From a virus (lineage: Duplodnaviria > Caudoviricetes), in the IMG/VR virus record IMGVR_UViG_3300021091_000011: a stretch of DNA of 64,000 bases; one strand, written 5' to 3'. Made by a program: the position numbers and the translations under genes. Below, piece after piece: positions 21,184-29,740 of this stretch (the first letter of the stretch is position 1; every line of letters starts with the position of its first letter). The notes under the pieces were generated by a model. That model was given only the letters and a program-made list of their open reading frames with translations. It ran no database searches and had not been told where the DNA came from.

Positions 21184-21972
21184 TTATACGGCAGCGGGAT
21201 TCACGCCTAGAAGCCCGTTGTTATTGTTGAGAATACCAGCGAGACTTGCTGCGCTATCGCTTAAAGTTTTGCCATACTGAATCGAGCCGTACTGACCAAT
21301 GGTCGGGTCGTTGCCCGTCTGCATGAACTCGCCGTACACGCTAGAAAAGTCATGCACGTCGGTCGCAGAGAAATCTCCGGTTTCAGAGATAAGCGCCGCG
21401 TCCTTGCCTACGCTTGCCGACCAAGACTCCCACCAGCAGGCTTCGTACATGGTCACGAGGATACGGTGCGTGCCATCCACGTTACCGTTCGGACCCCAAG
21501 ACTTGCCGTAAGCAAGGGGCTTGGTCGTGTTGGCGTCGCCGATTTCAACGTCGGCGATGGTGCTGAACACGATTTGCTGAAGTACGTCGAACGGCCAACG
21601 GTGATGGCGAAGCGAACGCACAGGACCGGAAACGCCACCCGCATAACCCGTAGACTGCCAGAGATTGCTCAAGTAGAGCAACGTGCGCTCGGTATTGACC
21701 TTCATAGGTTCGGTCTTTCCCGGCACCAACTCAGCGATGATATCGCCGAAACCGATGCTCGCCACAGGCTCCGTGGTACGGCTGTCAGAAGGATTCAACG
21801 TGCCAAGCACGCCGATTTGATACAACTGACCGCTGTTTTGAGCGCCGTAGGCAGGCGCTAGAACTCGAATCTTTTGGCTGACAACCGCGCGAGTATTTGG
21901 CGAAGTGCCATACTTGTAAATATAAGAAGTGCCCTGTGCAGGGCCATTCGGATTCAGGTCATTGTTAGCCAC
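21184..21972 (-). CDS. Tail tube protein
   Basis: QIGVLGTLNPSDSRTTEPVASIGFGDIIAELVPGKTEPMKVNTER...LRHHRWPFDV...MYEACWWESWSASV is a tube-type beta pattern and heads the tail operon. Confidence 0.7.
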   Translation of the reverse strand: MANNDLNPNGPAQGTSYIYKYGTSPNTRAVVSQKIRVLAPAYGAQNSGQLYQIGVLGTLNPSDSRTTEPVASIGFGDIIAELVPGKTEPMKVNTERTLLYLSNLWQSTGYAGGVSGPVRSLRHHRWPFDVLQQIVFSTIADVEIGDANTTKPLAYGKSWGPNGNVDGTHRILVTMYEACWWESWSASVGKDAALISETGDFSATDVHDFSSVYGEFMQTGNDPTIGQYGSIQYGKTLSDSAASLAGILNNNNGLLGVNPAAV

Positions 21973-22029
21973 GGGTCTACTCCGGCGTTAGTGCTACATC
22001 GTTTGTGGGCCTATAATCGTTCTAACGCT

Positions 22030-22398
22030 ATGAACAAGCCGACACCTTACGTTTACCACGGCAACGTGATTTCCAATTATGACGGCGACACGCTGATTGC
22101 CGACTTGGACCTCGGCATGGGCGTCCGCATGAAAGCTAATTGCCGCCTACTCGGACTCGATGCGCCCGAGATTAAGGGCAAAACCGCAAACGAAAAAGCC
22201 GCCGCCGTTGCAGCGAAGCAACGACTAGCGGCTTTACTCGCATCTGCACCACTCGTATTTCACTCATGCGCCAAACCCGATAAGTACGGGCGGCTTCTGG
22301 TGAAGATTTGGGCGGGTGCTGTTTGCGTGAACGACGTCATGCTCGCCGAAGGGCACGCAATCCCTTATGACGGCGGCGCGAAAGAATCGACGTTTTAG
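22030..22398 (+). CDS. Thermonuclease (SNase-like)
   Basis: NYDGDTL, CRLLGLDAPE, DKYGRLL and VNDVMLAEGHA. True start is probably ATG 22030, with TATAAT at 22012-22017. Confidence 0.9.
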   Translation: MNKPTPYVYHGNVISNYDGDTLIADLDLGMGVRMKANCRLLGLDAPEIKGKTANEKAAAVAAKQRLAALLASAPLVFHSCAKPDKYGRLLVKIWAGAVCVNDVMLAEGHAIPYDGGAKESTF

Positions 22399-22616
22399 GC
22401 GTCGGTCTTCGCAGGCTTCGCCGCCTTGCGAGTCTCGCTCACGCTCTTCTTGAGCGCGGCCAAAGCCTTCTGGCTCTCCGTCGCCACCTTACGCAGACGA
22501 GTGCCCGGAACGCCCGTCTTGCCGCCGTCGAACTTCGACGCATCTTCCTTCGCGGAATTCAGATTCGCAATCACCGCATCAATCTGCTCAACAAAAGTCG
22601 CCATGACAATCTCCAT
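22395..22616 (-). CDS. Histone H1-like (Hc1-type) nucleoid protein
   Basis: AKEDASKFDGGKTGVPGTRLRKVATESQKALAALKKSVSETRK matches the Hc1 N-terminal pattern (DA.KF..G....GTR.RK). Probable start is MATF. Confidence 0.7.
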   Translation of the reverse strand: MEIVMATFVEQIDAVIANLNSAKEDASKFDGGKTGVPGTRLRKVATESQKALAALKKSVSETRKAAKPAKTDA

Positions 22617-22722
22617 AGGTTAGAGGAACACCCCGATCACTCGATCAGGTAGGTACGCCCAAAAATATACCATGCGGCGTCGATTCTCGGCCCCCCGAGA
22701 AACATCGCCCCAATCAGGCCAA

Positions 22723-23217
22723 TCAAACATCGTCCAAGTCCCCACGTTGTAACCGCTCAAGGACCAAAAGACGATACACCACACGGTCCACCCAATCCGT
22801 CATGCGCTCATTAGGCAAGCGGGGGACGACCGATTCGGCACGATTAAACGACTCCAACGCCTCTGCCAACTGCGCCGTAAATGCAACCTCGTCGATGGGC
22901 ACCTTCGGGTCATATCCTGATACCTCACGGCACACGGCTAAAATCCGTTCGACGCCACGCAACTTCGCCATATCCATCACAAGCGACGGCATGGCGTTGC
23001 GAAGCCCAACAATCAAAAGCATCAGGGCTTCTGAATGTCCCGGCTCCAATAACCGCGTCACACGGAATAACGCCGTGTCCTTCGCCGCCACCATGTACCT
23101 CCGAGACTCATTCGTTTCCTTCGGGTTCGGAGATACGACCCATTCGCCCTCCGGCAGTTTTTTCATCAAATGCCAGAGATTAGCGAGATATGGGGGAACG
23201 GTGAGTAAGCGAGACAT
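22723..23217 (-). CDS. Hypothetical protein
   Basis: 164-aa ORF in a run of abutting minus-strand genes. Confidence 0.6.
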   Translation of the reverse strand: MSRLLTVPPYLANLWHLMKKLPEGEWVVSPNPKETNESRRYMVAAKDTALFRVTRLLEPGHSEALMLLIVGLRNAMPSLVMDMAKLRGVERILAVCREVSGYDPKVPIDEVAFTAQLAEALESFNRAESVVPRLPNERMTDWVDRVVYRLLVLERLQRGDLDDV

Positions 23218-23314
23218 CTACTACTAATTCATGTTCGCAGGGATCGGCTTAGGCCGCTTAATCTTCACCACCAAAATCTCACGGCCCGTCTTTCGATCTT
23301 CGATCTTACGAGTC

Positions 23315-23500
23315 TCAACGCCCTGTTTCGTCGTAGCCAACTTCAATCAACCCTAACGCTTGTTCGACTTCACTCGGAGTAAGGACCACCCCCACTCCGT
23401 TTTCATCAAGCACCATGACGACCTGCCAACTTGACTCATGCACGGCAAACACAGTCAAAGCCGCATCACCGCGATAAATAGTCACCGTAGCGTCATTCAT
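23315..23500 (-). CDS. Hypothetical protein
   Basis: Start revised to MNDATV (23500), overlapping the stop of the upstream ORF. Confidence 0.5.
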   Translation of the reverse strand: MNDATVTIYRGDAALTVFAVHESSWQVVMVLDENGVGVVLTPSEVEQALGLIEVGYDETGR

Positions 23501-23741
23501 TTTCTTCGTCGCACTCCGGACATTCATCTTCAAGGTCATACTTGGTTGTGATGCCGACGCTAACAGCGTTATGGAATAGCTGCGCGTAGTCTCTAGCAAC
23601 CTTAGAGGCCAAAGGTTCGCCGTTTTCGTCGAAAAGCACAACCATTATCTCGAATATCAGCGAGAAATTTTCGGGAGCACCTTTCTCAAAGTGAATCTGC
23701 AAGTTCTCTACGGCTTGCGCCAACGTCTTTATTGTGCTCAT
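23493..23741 (-). CDS. Hypothetical protein with C-terminal CxxC
   Basis: 82-aa ORF ending ECPECDEENE, in an overlapping gene chain. Confidence 0.55.
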   Translation of the reverse strand: MSTIKTLAQAVENLQIHFEKGAPENFSLIFEIMVVLFDENGEPLASKVARDYAQLFHNAVSVGITTKYDLEDECPECDEENE

Positions 23742-24117
23742 TGTGTGCCCTTCTTTCGTTTTCGCTCAAGGGGCAGCGTTGTGCCGCCTCTAGCAAGATA
23801 GAATCTACCCCATACACCGACAAGTCGCCGAAAGGCACACCGCATAATCCCGTGTCCCCGATCCACGGGCACGAAAAACAGGCGTCACACGGCAAAGGCT
23901 TGCACTCAGGTTTCTCGGCCACGCCAACCGACAAGACCGTTAGATGCAGTCCTGATTTTGACAAGTAATGCGCGAGATAGTCCGTTTCGTCCGCGCTCAA
24001 GTAAAGCGTGTGAAACGTGTCTATGTTTCCGTGATGCACCAGCCATGGATTATCGCCTGGCTGAATCGCAATCGACGTAGACCCGCAGACCTGAACCCGC
24101 CTTACTTGTCGTACCAC
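23686..24117 (-). CDS. Hypothetical Cys-rich protein
   Basis: PCDACFSCPW...LCG...RCPL; overlaps both neighbours. Confidence 0.5.
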   Translation of the reverse strand: MVRQVRRVQVCGSTSIAIQPGDNPWLVHHGNIDTFHTLYLSADETDYLAHYLSKSGLHLTVLSVGVAEKPECKPLPCDACFSCPWIGDTGLCGVPFGDLSVYGVDSILLEAAQRCPLSENERRAHNEHNKDVGASRRELADSL

Positions 24118-24386
24118 TTAAGTACGGCCTTGTGCTCCGCGCTAGGGTATTCCTCGCCGCCATTACAAACCACAAACGGACCTGCCTCGGGCGGCGATAG
24201 AAACCCTAAAGCCTTGATCGTGCGGCCATCTTTGCCCGTCCAGACCAAGTTGTCTTGCTGGAACCCACAAATCGCCAATGCACGATAGGCCAGCGTGACC
24301 TTGCTTTCGGGCACCAAGATATTCAGGTGCGCCTTGCGATTTGGATTCTCGATTTCACGAACTATGTTCTCGACAAGCATATTCAT
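24102..24386 (-). CDS. Hypothetical protein
   Basis: 94-aa ORF with ATGA overlap to the upstream gene. Confidence 0.6.
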   Translation of the reverse strand: MNMLVENIVREIENPNRKAHLNILVPESKVTLAYRALAICGFQQDNLVWTGKDGRTIKALGFLSPPEAGPFVVCNGGEEYPSAEHKAVLKWYDK

Positions 24387-25117
24387 TCGGCCACTCCGTT
24401 TCTAACGATCCACCCAAATTGCCGCTCCGGAATGTTCGAAACCGGAACTACGCAGAAAGGCAACGGACCCACTTGCTCAAAGCGCGCACGCAGCACACCC
24501 TCGAAATAAGAAACTGCGGCTTCGACGGGACTGAAATCTTCCAACAAGTCCTCGGGGCCATGCACGGTCATCACCCAACGAATGTCGGAATGAAGCGTTG
24601 AACGCTTGTAAGCACCCGCGCTCACGCCCAAACGACGCTCCAACTCAGCCTGAATCGCAGGCGCAAGGCTGCGACGACCTTGTGTGGTCGCAAACGCCAG
24701 CCAAGAGAAATAGCGCGCCTTGTCCGGAGGGACGTCGGCCAAAATCGAAGCGGGCGGGGCTTCAACCACCATCGGTTCCGGAATCTCACCCGCAACGTAA
24801 CCCTGAACGCTCACGGGCAGATTCGCAGGTTGAGCCAACGTAAGTGCAGTCTGCTCGGCTGCATCACGCGCAATCTGAAACCGCGCCTCGATTTCACGAG
24901 AAGCGCGTTCCAACATCAAACCCACCAGAATCGGATTCAACGAATCCGTCACCACGGGTACTGCGGGACGAAAGCCCTCAACAGGCAACGGTTCGTTCGG
25001 GTCACGAAACTCAGGAACGTCACCGTCAATCGACGCCCGCTCAATCACCGCTGCGCGGAACATGGGATTGGCGTTGTGCGTATACAGATCGATTCTAGGG
25101 AATGTGTAATCTTTCAT
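24383..25117 (-). CDS. Hypothetical protein
   Basis: 244-aa ORF with ATGA overlaps on both sides. Confidence 0.65.
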   Translation of the reverse strand: MKDYTFPRIDLYTHNANPMFRAAVIERASIDGDVPEFRDPNEPLPVEGFRPAVPVVTDSLNPILVGLMLERASREIEARFQIARDAAEQTALTLAQPANLPVSVQGYVAGEIPEPMVVEAPPASILADVPPDKARYFSWLAFATTQGRRSLAPAIQAELERRLGVSAGAYKRSTLHSDIRWVMTVHGPEDLLEDFSPVEAAVSYFEGVLRARFEQVGPLPFCVVPVSNIPERQFGWIVRNGVAE

Positions 25118-25878
25118 GGTTCCTTCTTACCGCCGCCCAAAACCACCTTTGCCCCCACCTTGATTACACGCTCGGGAACTGCCCAAGGGTCAGGTTGTTC
25201 CGACTGCGAAGGCGCTTGACCTCCACCAATCATAATCCCACCACTCGGAATCTTCGTATTCTGTGACGGCGGCAAAAACGGAGCAGGACGTGAATTCGCA
25301 ACAGGAGTAATAGGCATAACAGGAGCAACAAGCGCGTCAGGCGCACGCGAAAGTTTCTCGGCTATGTCCTGAATGTGCTTACACGCTTTCTTGAAAGCGA
25401 ACGCCTTACAAGAACACGTCCATTGATCATCCGACGTCCGCGTGACCTCATAGACGCTATCTTTGTCGCCCTTCACCGTCCAACGCTCAGGCTCAGGCTC
25501 AGGCGGTTTGACGATTTCGGGCGGCTTGACGAAACCCGATGGGGGAAGCCCGACAAGTTCACGCGCCGCGTTCGTGACCTCATTAGGTGACGCCACAGAC
25601 CAATCACCCTTGCGCTCACTAATCTCCAACGCCAACGCCCGCTGAATCAGGTCCTTAAAATCAGGCAAACCCTCGCCCAAGCCCCCCGGCGCAAAGTTCG
25701 GATTGCGTAGCAGCGTTTCTTCCTGCGTCAACATTCGGGACATCCAAAGCGATTGCCCCGTGCGTGAATTCTTGCAGCCCGAGTTCTGGCACGCGGCGCA
25801 AAACGTCTGCTTGAATTGTTCGGGCGAACTTTTCTGGTGCTCGCCCGAATAGCATTGGTTGAAAAGATCAGGCAACAT
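25114..25878 (-). CDS. SWIM zinc-finger protein
   Basis: WTVKGDKDSVYEVTRTSDDQWTCSCKAFAFKKACKHI (CxC...CxH). An additional N-terminal Cys cluster CAACQNSGC is present. Confidence 0.75.
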   Translation of the reverse strand: MLPDLFNQCYSGEHQKSSPEQFKQTFCAACQNSGCKNSRTGQSLWMSRMLTQEETLLRNPNFAPGGLGEGLPDFKDLIQRALALEISERKGDWSVASPNEVTNAARELVGLPPSGFVKPPEIVKPPEPEPERWTVKGDKDSVYEVTRTSDDQWTCSCKAFAFKKACKHIQDIAEKLSRAPDALVAPVMPITPVANSRPAPFLPPSQNTKIPSGGIMIGGGQAPSQSEQPDPWAVPERVIKVGAKVVLGGGKKEP

Positions 25879-26395
25879 ACTTTGACCAGCAGGTTCGACA
25901 ACGGGCCTCGTAAACGCCGTGTGAACCGACTTCGATCAAATCTGAACTGCGCGAGAGTTTATACGTCCGATTTGCTTTCACGCCACACTTGCACTTGGCG
26001 TTAATCTTCGTGACGCGATCTGCCACGGCCAACAACGCGGGCATCGGCCCAAACGGTTGCCCCTTGTAGTCCAAGTCCAGCCCCGAACAAATCACGCGCA
26101 CGCCTTGATCGGCCAAGACATTGACGACAAGTACGAGTGAATCCGGAAAAAACTGACACTCATCAATGCCCACGACTTTTGCGCCTTTAGACTTCTCCAA
26201 GATCACGTCGAGTCCAGCAGTAGACGTAGGGACATTGATTGCCGGAAACGTAGCGCCGTCGTGAGTCGCCAAATGCGTTTCGTGGTATCTGGTGTCAATG
26301 CTCGGCTTAAAAGCAATCGCCTCGACGCCAATCAAGCGGCGCACGAGTTCGGTCGTCTTACCCGCGTACATACACCCTGCAATCACTTCGATCAT
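25868..26395 (-). CDS. tdk: Thymidine kinase
   Basis: GCMYAGKTTEL (P-loop), FKPSIDTRY, GIDECQFF, GLDLDYKGQPF, and the zinc site CKCG...YEARCRTC. Confidence 0.95.
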   Translation of the reverse strand: MIEVIAGCMYAGKTTELVRRLIGVEAIAFKPSIDTRYHETHLATHDGATFPAINVPTSTAGLDVILEKSKGAKVVGIDECQFFPDSLVLVVNVLADQGVRVICSGLDLDYKGQPFGPMPALLAVADRVTKINAKCKCGVKANRTYKLSRSSDLIEVGSHGVYEARCRTCWSKYVA

Positions 26396-26399
26396 GTTC

Positions 26400-26855
26400 T
26401 CACACTAAGTTGAAACCGTCGCCCATGACGACGATTGGATGACGACCCTCACGGATCAGCAGGGCTACAAGTTCCGCGTTCGGAAGATTCGTGGTAAAGC
26501 AATCAGGTGGGCCTAATGGGTCTTTCTTACGAGACCCTACCCCTCCGACGCGGCACAGGTTCGCATTCCAGCCGATGCATCGCGTTTGGCACTCAGCGTG
26601 CTTTTGCTCAATCTGCCTGCCCCTCGCGTGCGGCGAAGGACCAAGTTGACGAAGCAACGGCTCGAACCAGCCGTGATAAGCGTGGGACAACGCCTCGTTG
26701 CTGATTTCACGAACCAGCACCGACCAAGGCGTATTCATGAATGACGTAAATCCACCCCAAGGCGCATCCGGTTCGGAGTACGCGATCAGAAGTCGGATTA
26801 GCCCTTCTTTGGCGCAGACGAAATCGAGTTCACGGAGTCTCGGTGTTCCGGACAT
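26400..26855 (-). CDS. Hypothetical protein
   Basis: 151-aa ORF with scattered cysteines, co-oriented with tdk. Confidence 0.6.
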   Translation of the reverse strand: MSGTPRLRELDFVCAKEGLIRLLIAYSEPDAPWGGFTSFMNTPWSVLVREISNEALSHAYHGWFEPLLRQLGPSPHARGRQIEQKHAECQTRCIGWNANLCRVGGVGSRKKDPLGPPDCFTTNLPNAELVALLIREGRHPIVVMGDGFNLV

Positions 26856-27025
26856 AGATAGCGTTTATTCCCCGAGACTTCTTTTGGACGTCGCCACAAG
26901 GTCTTACCGCAGACCGTACAGGCTACGGCGACCGTAGCTCCACGTTTACGCGCTAACGGAGGCGGCGTATTGGCAGATGCGTTGAAAGTAGGCGAGAGCA
27001 GGTTGATAAGTGCTCGCCAAAACAT
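26798..27025 (-). CDS. Small zinc-finger protein
   Basis: CTVCGKTLWRRPKEVSGNKRYLCPEH. Confidence 0.45.
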   Translation of the reverse strand: MFWRALINLLSPTFNASANTPPPLARKRGATVAVACTVCGKTLWRRPKEVSGNKRYLCPEHRDSVNSISSAPKKG

Positions 27026-27049
27026 AACAACGTAGAAGCAATAACCCCG

Positions 27050-27379
27050 CTAACGAATAACTGAGACTTGTTTGAAAAACCTTGAAGCCGAACCGAATGT
27101 CTTGTCTGAACCGCTGGTGACATAATTCGTGATTTCACCGTTGTTGTTAAAAATCCTAGCACCGTCAGTTCTGTTCCAAGTGCCGCCAGCACAATTGGGG
27201 AAACGATTGACCGTGTTCGCTTCGCCGTCGTGTACAAGATTCGCGGGCCAACGACCAATAGGCTGTTTGAAGGTGGTGCCAGCGTCACGCTTGTATCTCC
27301 AATTTTCAGAGCCGTCGTGACGTTCAGAACCGTTTTCTGCGTAGGCTCCACCGTTTAGATTGTCAGACGTGACGATCAT
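27050..27379 (-). CDS. Stand-alone middle (TRD-region) module of a beta-class DNA methyltransferase, copy B3, N-terminally shortened
   Basis: GRWPANLVHDG...SASRFFKQV. Starts at an ATGA overlap with the stop of the DPPY gene. 135 bp are nearly identical to copy B2. Confidence 0.7.
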   Translation of the reverse strand: MIVTSDNLNGGAYAENGSERHDGSENWRYKRDAGTTFKQPIGRWPANLVHDGEANTVNRFPNCAGGTWNRTDGARIFNNNGEITNYVTSGSDKTFGSASRFFKQVSVIR

Positions 27380-27939
27380 ATTGGCTTTCTTGCGACGATG
27401 ATTGGTTCCCAAGCGGGCTTTAATGCGGTGCCGTAACCGGACCATTGCCGAGCGGCATCGGTCGCGGGTGCGGTGATGTTGATGGGTTGATGCTCTTGCC
27501 CCTGATCCATTGCGCGATCAAATGCTTTGCCACCTTTGACCTGCGATTTAGGTCGGTCGTTTGCTGACACGCCCACCACCTCTCGCTCCGCTCCCGCCGC
27601 CTTGTCAATCGCCTTACTGACGTCCATGGACTTCGGGAAGCCTGATCCGTAAGTCCAAGCATGGACTTCAAAACCCACGAATCCCGATTTTTTCAGGGCT
27701 TGGGTCATCCGATGAAAAGTTCTCGTGCCTGAGAAGGCTTTGATAACGCCGTTAGGCTTTAGAATCCTAAAGCATTCGCCCCAAAGTTCGGGTGAATAAG
27801 CGATTCCGGTCGAGTCCCACCCTTTACCCATGAAGCCCAATTCATACGGGGGGTCTGAAACTACGGCGTCTACTGAGTTTGGCGATAGGTCTTTGAGTTT
27901 GACTAGGCTATCGCCGAGAATCAGTCTAACGGTGTTCAT
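27376..27939 (-). CDS. Catalytic (DPPY) N-terminal half of a beta-class N4/N6 DNA methyltransferase
   Basis: LGDSLVKLKDLSPNSVDAVVSDPPYELGFMGKGWD...YGSGFPKSMDVSKAIDK...GTALKPAWEPIIVARKPI*. No FxGxG motif. Confidence 0.85.
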   Translation of the reverse strand: MNTVRLILGDSLVKLKDLSPNSVDAVVSDPPYELGFMGKGWDSTGIAYSPELWGECFRILKPNGVIKAFSGTRTFHRMTQALKKSGFVGFEVHAWTYGSGFPKSMDVSKAIDKAAGAEREVVGVSANDRPKSQVKGGKAFDRAMDQGQEHQPINITAPATDAARQWSGYGTALKPAWEPIIVARKPI

Positions 27940-28706
27940 TCGTCCAGCCCGAAGAAATCGTCAAAGTCAACGTCACGCTGTTTCGGCGTCGTGTCGCAAT
28001 CGGACGTGATTATCGCGCGACCTTCTAAAATGCTGCGCTCGCTATTCCAATGCCGAACTCGGGCGTCCGCAATCGGCAGATAGTCCGGCGTAATCTCGAT
28101 GCCCGTGAAGTTCATGTGCGCGTTCAAGCAGGCAATACCCGTAGTGCCCGAACCCAAAAATGGGTCTACGACGTGCGAGCCTTTGGCGATGTCTTCAAGG
28201 CACCACTCCATGATTTCAACAGGCTTTACTGTTGGATGAAAGTTAGATCGTGCTGAATTAGAACGATTGCGAGGGTTATTAGGACCCGGAGCGTCGGCAT
28301 CACGATCTTCTTCCCAACGCCGTTCTTCTAAATCATGCGTACCCGCTTCGCGTTCCGAAGTCGCGGCTTTCGCCGTGTACGAAAAATTACTCTCAGACGT
28401 CGCCACGAAAATCGCGTCGCGGACCTCAAAGCCCGAGTCCTCGGCTACGCAGACACAATCTGACCCCGTAGCGTCAACGTCATCAGCAGACGCGATGAGC
28501 AAATGACCGCCCGGCTTCAATACGCGCAAGGCTTCGACTTGCCAAACGTCACCCACGCCCCGCGTGACCAACAGCCCATGCGCCGTCGAATCCTCGTGGG
28601 CTTGCCAATCAAAAGCAATCGGGTCATCTACTCGCAGAACCTTCAAGTCCGGCACAGGAGTAGAAATCAGTTTTGTAAGGTAGTCCCAAAGATTGATTGT
28701 GGTCAT
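27936..28706 (-). CDS. SAM-binding C-terminal half of a beta-class DNA methyltransferase, with degenerate N-terminal domain
   Basis: YTAKAATSEREAG, NFHPTVKP, VVDPFLGSGTTGIAC, FTGIEITPDY. The N-terminal part keeps LRVLKPGGHLL and GFEVRDAI but lacks DPPY. Confidence 0.85.
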   Translation of the reverse strand: MTTINLWDYLTKLISTPVPDLKVLRVDDPIAFDWQAHEDSTAHGLLVTRGVGDVWQVEALRVLKPGGHLLIASADDVDATGSDCVCVAEDSGFEVRDAIFVATSESNFSYTAKAATSEREAGTHDLEERRWEEDRDADAPGPNNPRNRSNSARSNFHPTVKPVEIMEWCLEDIAKGSHVVDPFLGSGTTGIACLNAHMNFTGIEITPDYLPIADARVRHWNSERSILEGRAIITSDCDTTPKQRDVDFDDFFGLDE

Positions 28707-29311
28707 TTGATTGTCACCTGTTGAAAGAATCTTGAAGCGCCGCCTTGGTCACCAAGGCCACCGGAGTTTGCGCCATTACGATCTAGTGCGTATTTACCGT
28801 ATGTGAGTCTGCCTAACGCGCCTCTAGACTTCTCACCTGCGCCGCCCGAGGATTTGGTTAAACCGCTTTGTTGGTCTAGTGCGTGTATTGGGCAATCTTC
28901 GTGGCAGAGCCAATTCGTGATCGTTTCTTTTTTTAGGCTGACTTCTTCTAGGTCATTTTGTCCGGCGTGACCCGAAGTAGAGATGCCGCCTTTTGATCTT
29001 GTTCGTGGCGAGTGGCCGTTTGATTTGACGGTCTTGGTGCCTGCGTTAAAGCATTCGGGCAAGTGGTTTAGAACGAGATTAGCGGGCCAGCGACCAATAG
29101 GCTGTTTGAAGGTGATGCCCGCGTCACGCTTGTATCTCCAATTTTCAGAGCCGTCGTGACGTTCAGAACCGTTTTCTGCGTAGGCTCCACCGTTTAGATT
29201 GTCAGACGTGACGATCCGGCATCCGTCGATGTTCAACGCCCCGCAACCGTGTTGCAGGGCGTTTTGAGCGACGGTGCCGATCAGGGGCTTTCTCAGGACG
29301 TGAACGATCAT
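28703..29311 (-). CDS. Stand-alone middle module of a DNA methyltransferase, copy B2
   Basis: MIVHVLRKPLIGTVAQNALQHGCGALNIDGCR...GRWPANLV...GASRFFQQVTIK. Confidence 0.8.
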   Translation of the reverse strand: MIVHVLRKPLIGTVAQNALQHGCGALNIDGCRIVTSDNLNGGAYAENGSERHDGSENWRYKRDAGITFKQPIGRWPANLVLNHLPECFNAGTKTVKSNGHSPRTRSKGGISTSGHAGQNDLEEVSLKKETITNWLCHEDCPIHALDQQSGLTKSSGGAGEKSRGALGRLTYGKYALDRNGANSGGLGDQGGASRFFQQVTIK

Positions 29312-29739
29312 TTGATTGTCACCTGTTGAAAGAAACGAGCAGCCGAACCGTCGTCGTCGTAGCCCGTTGATTCATTACTCCCACCAAGTTTTAGATTGGC
29401 CACACCGCCTTTGTTTGCCGCCCGTCCACCTTGCGATTTGCCTGTCTCTGGAAAAAGCTCCAGCACGTCGTCGCTGCCGTCGTGGACGAGATTAGCGGGC
29501 CATCGACCCGCTTGATGTTGTTGTGTGTCGAAGGCATTACGTTCCCGATTGTTTTGTACGCCGCCTGCGAGTGATCCGCTCTTTGCTGTCAGACTCCCAC
29601 CGGGGAATGCACTCGTTTTGTCTGCTTCCGAGACGAAGCCGACTCTGCATCCGTCGATGTTCAACGCTCCGGCTCCATGAGCCAAGGCGTTTTGAGCGAC
29701 CGTGTCTGACAACGGCTTTCTCAGGACGTGAACGATCAT
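29308..29739 (-). CDS. Stand-alone middle module of a DNA methyltransferase, copy B1
   Basis: MIVHVLRKPLSDTVAQNALAHGAGALNIDGCR...GRWPANLVHDGSDDVL...SAARFFQQVTIK. Start revised to ATG 29739. Confidence 0.8.
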   Translation of the reverse strand: MIVHVLRKPLSDTVAQNALAHGAGALNIDGCRVGFVSEADKTSAFPGGSLTAKSGSLAGGVQNNRERNAFDTQQHQAGRWPANLVHDGSDDVLELFPETGKSQGGRAANKGGVANLKLGGSNESTGYDDDGSAARFFQQVTIK

Positions 29740-29740
29740 C

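Larger units (their letters stand above)
27243..29216. repeat. 135-bp direct repeat (27243-27377 and 29082-29216), 3 mismatches
   Basis: Manual alignment at a constant offset of 1839 bp. Confidence 0.85.
28703..29739. repeat. Exact direct repeats bounding modules B1 and B2: 27 bp (28703-28729 and 29308-29334) and 26 bp (29286-29311 and 29714-29739)
   Basis: TCATTTGATTGTCACCTGTTGAAAGAA and GGCTTTCTCAGGACGTGAACGATCAT each occur twice. Confidence 0.85.

Noticed and set aside
865-21972. Extracellular contractile injection system or tailocin rather than a phage
   Set aside because: The module is interleaved with tdk, MTase, sigma factor, lysins and phage-type early genes, and no host housekeeping genes are present.
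27243-29216. 135-bp near-identical repeat as a DGR template/variable pair
   Set aside because: The three differences on the coding strand are T/C, C/T and T/G, not adenine-specific, and no reverse transcriptase is present in the window.
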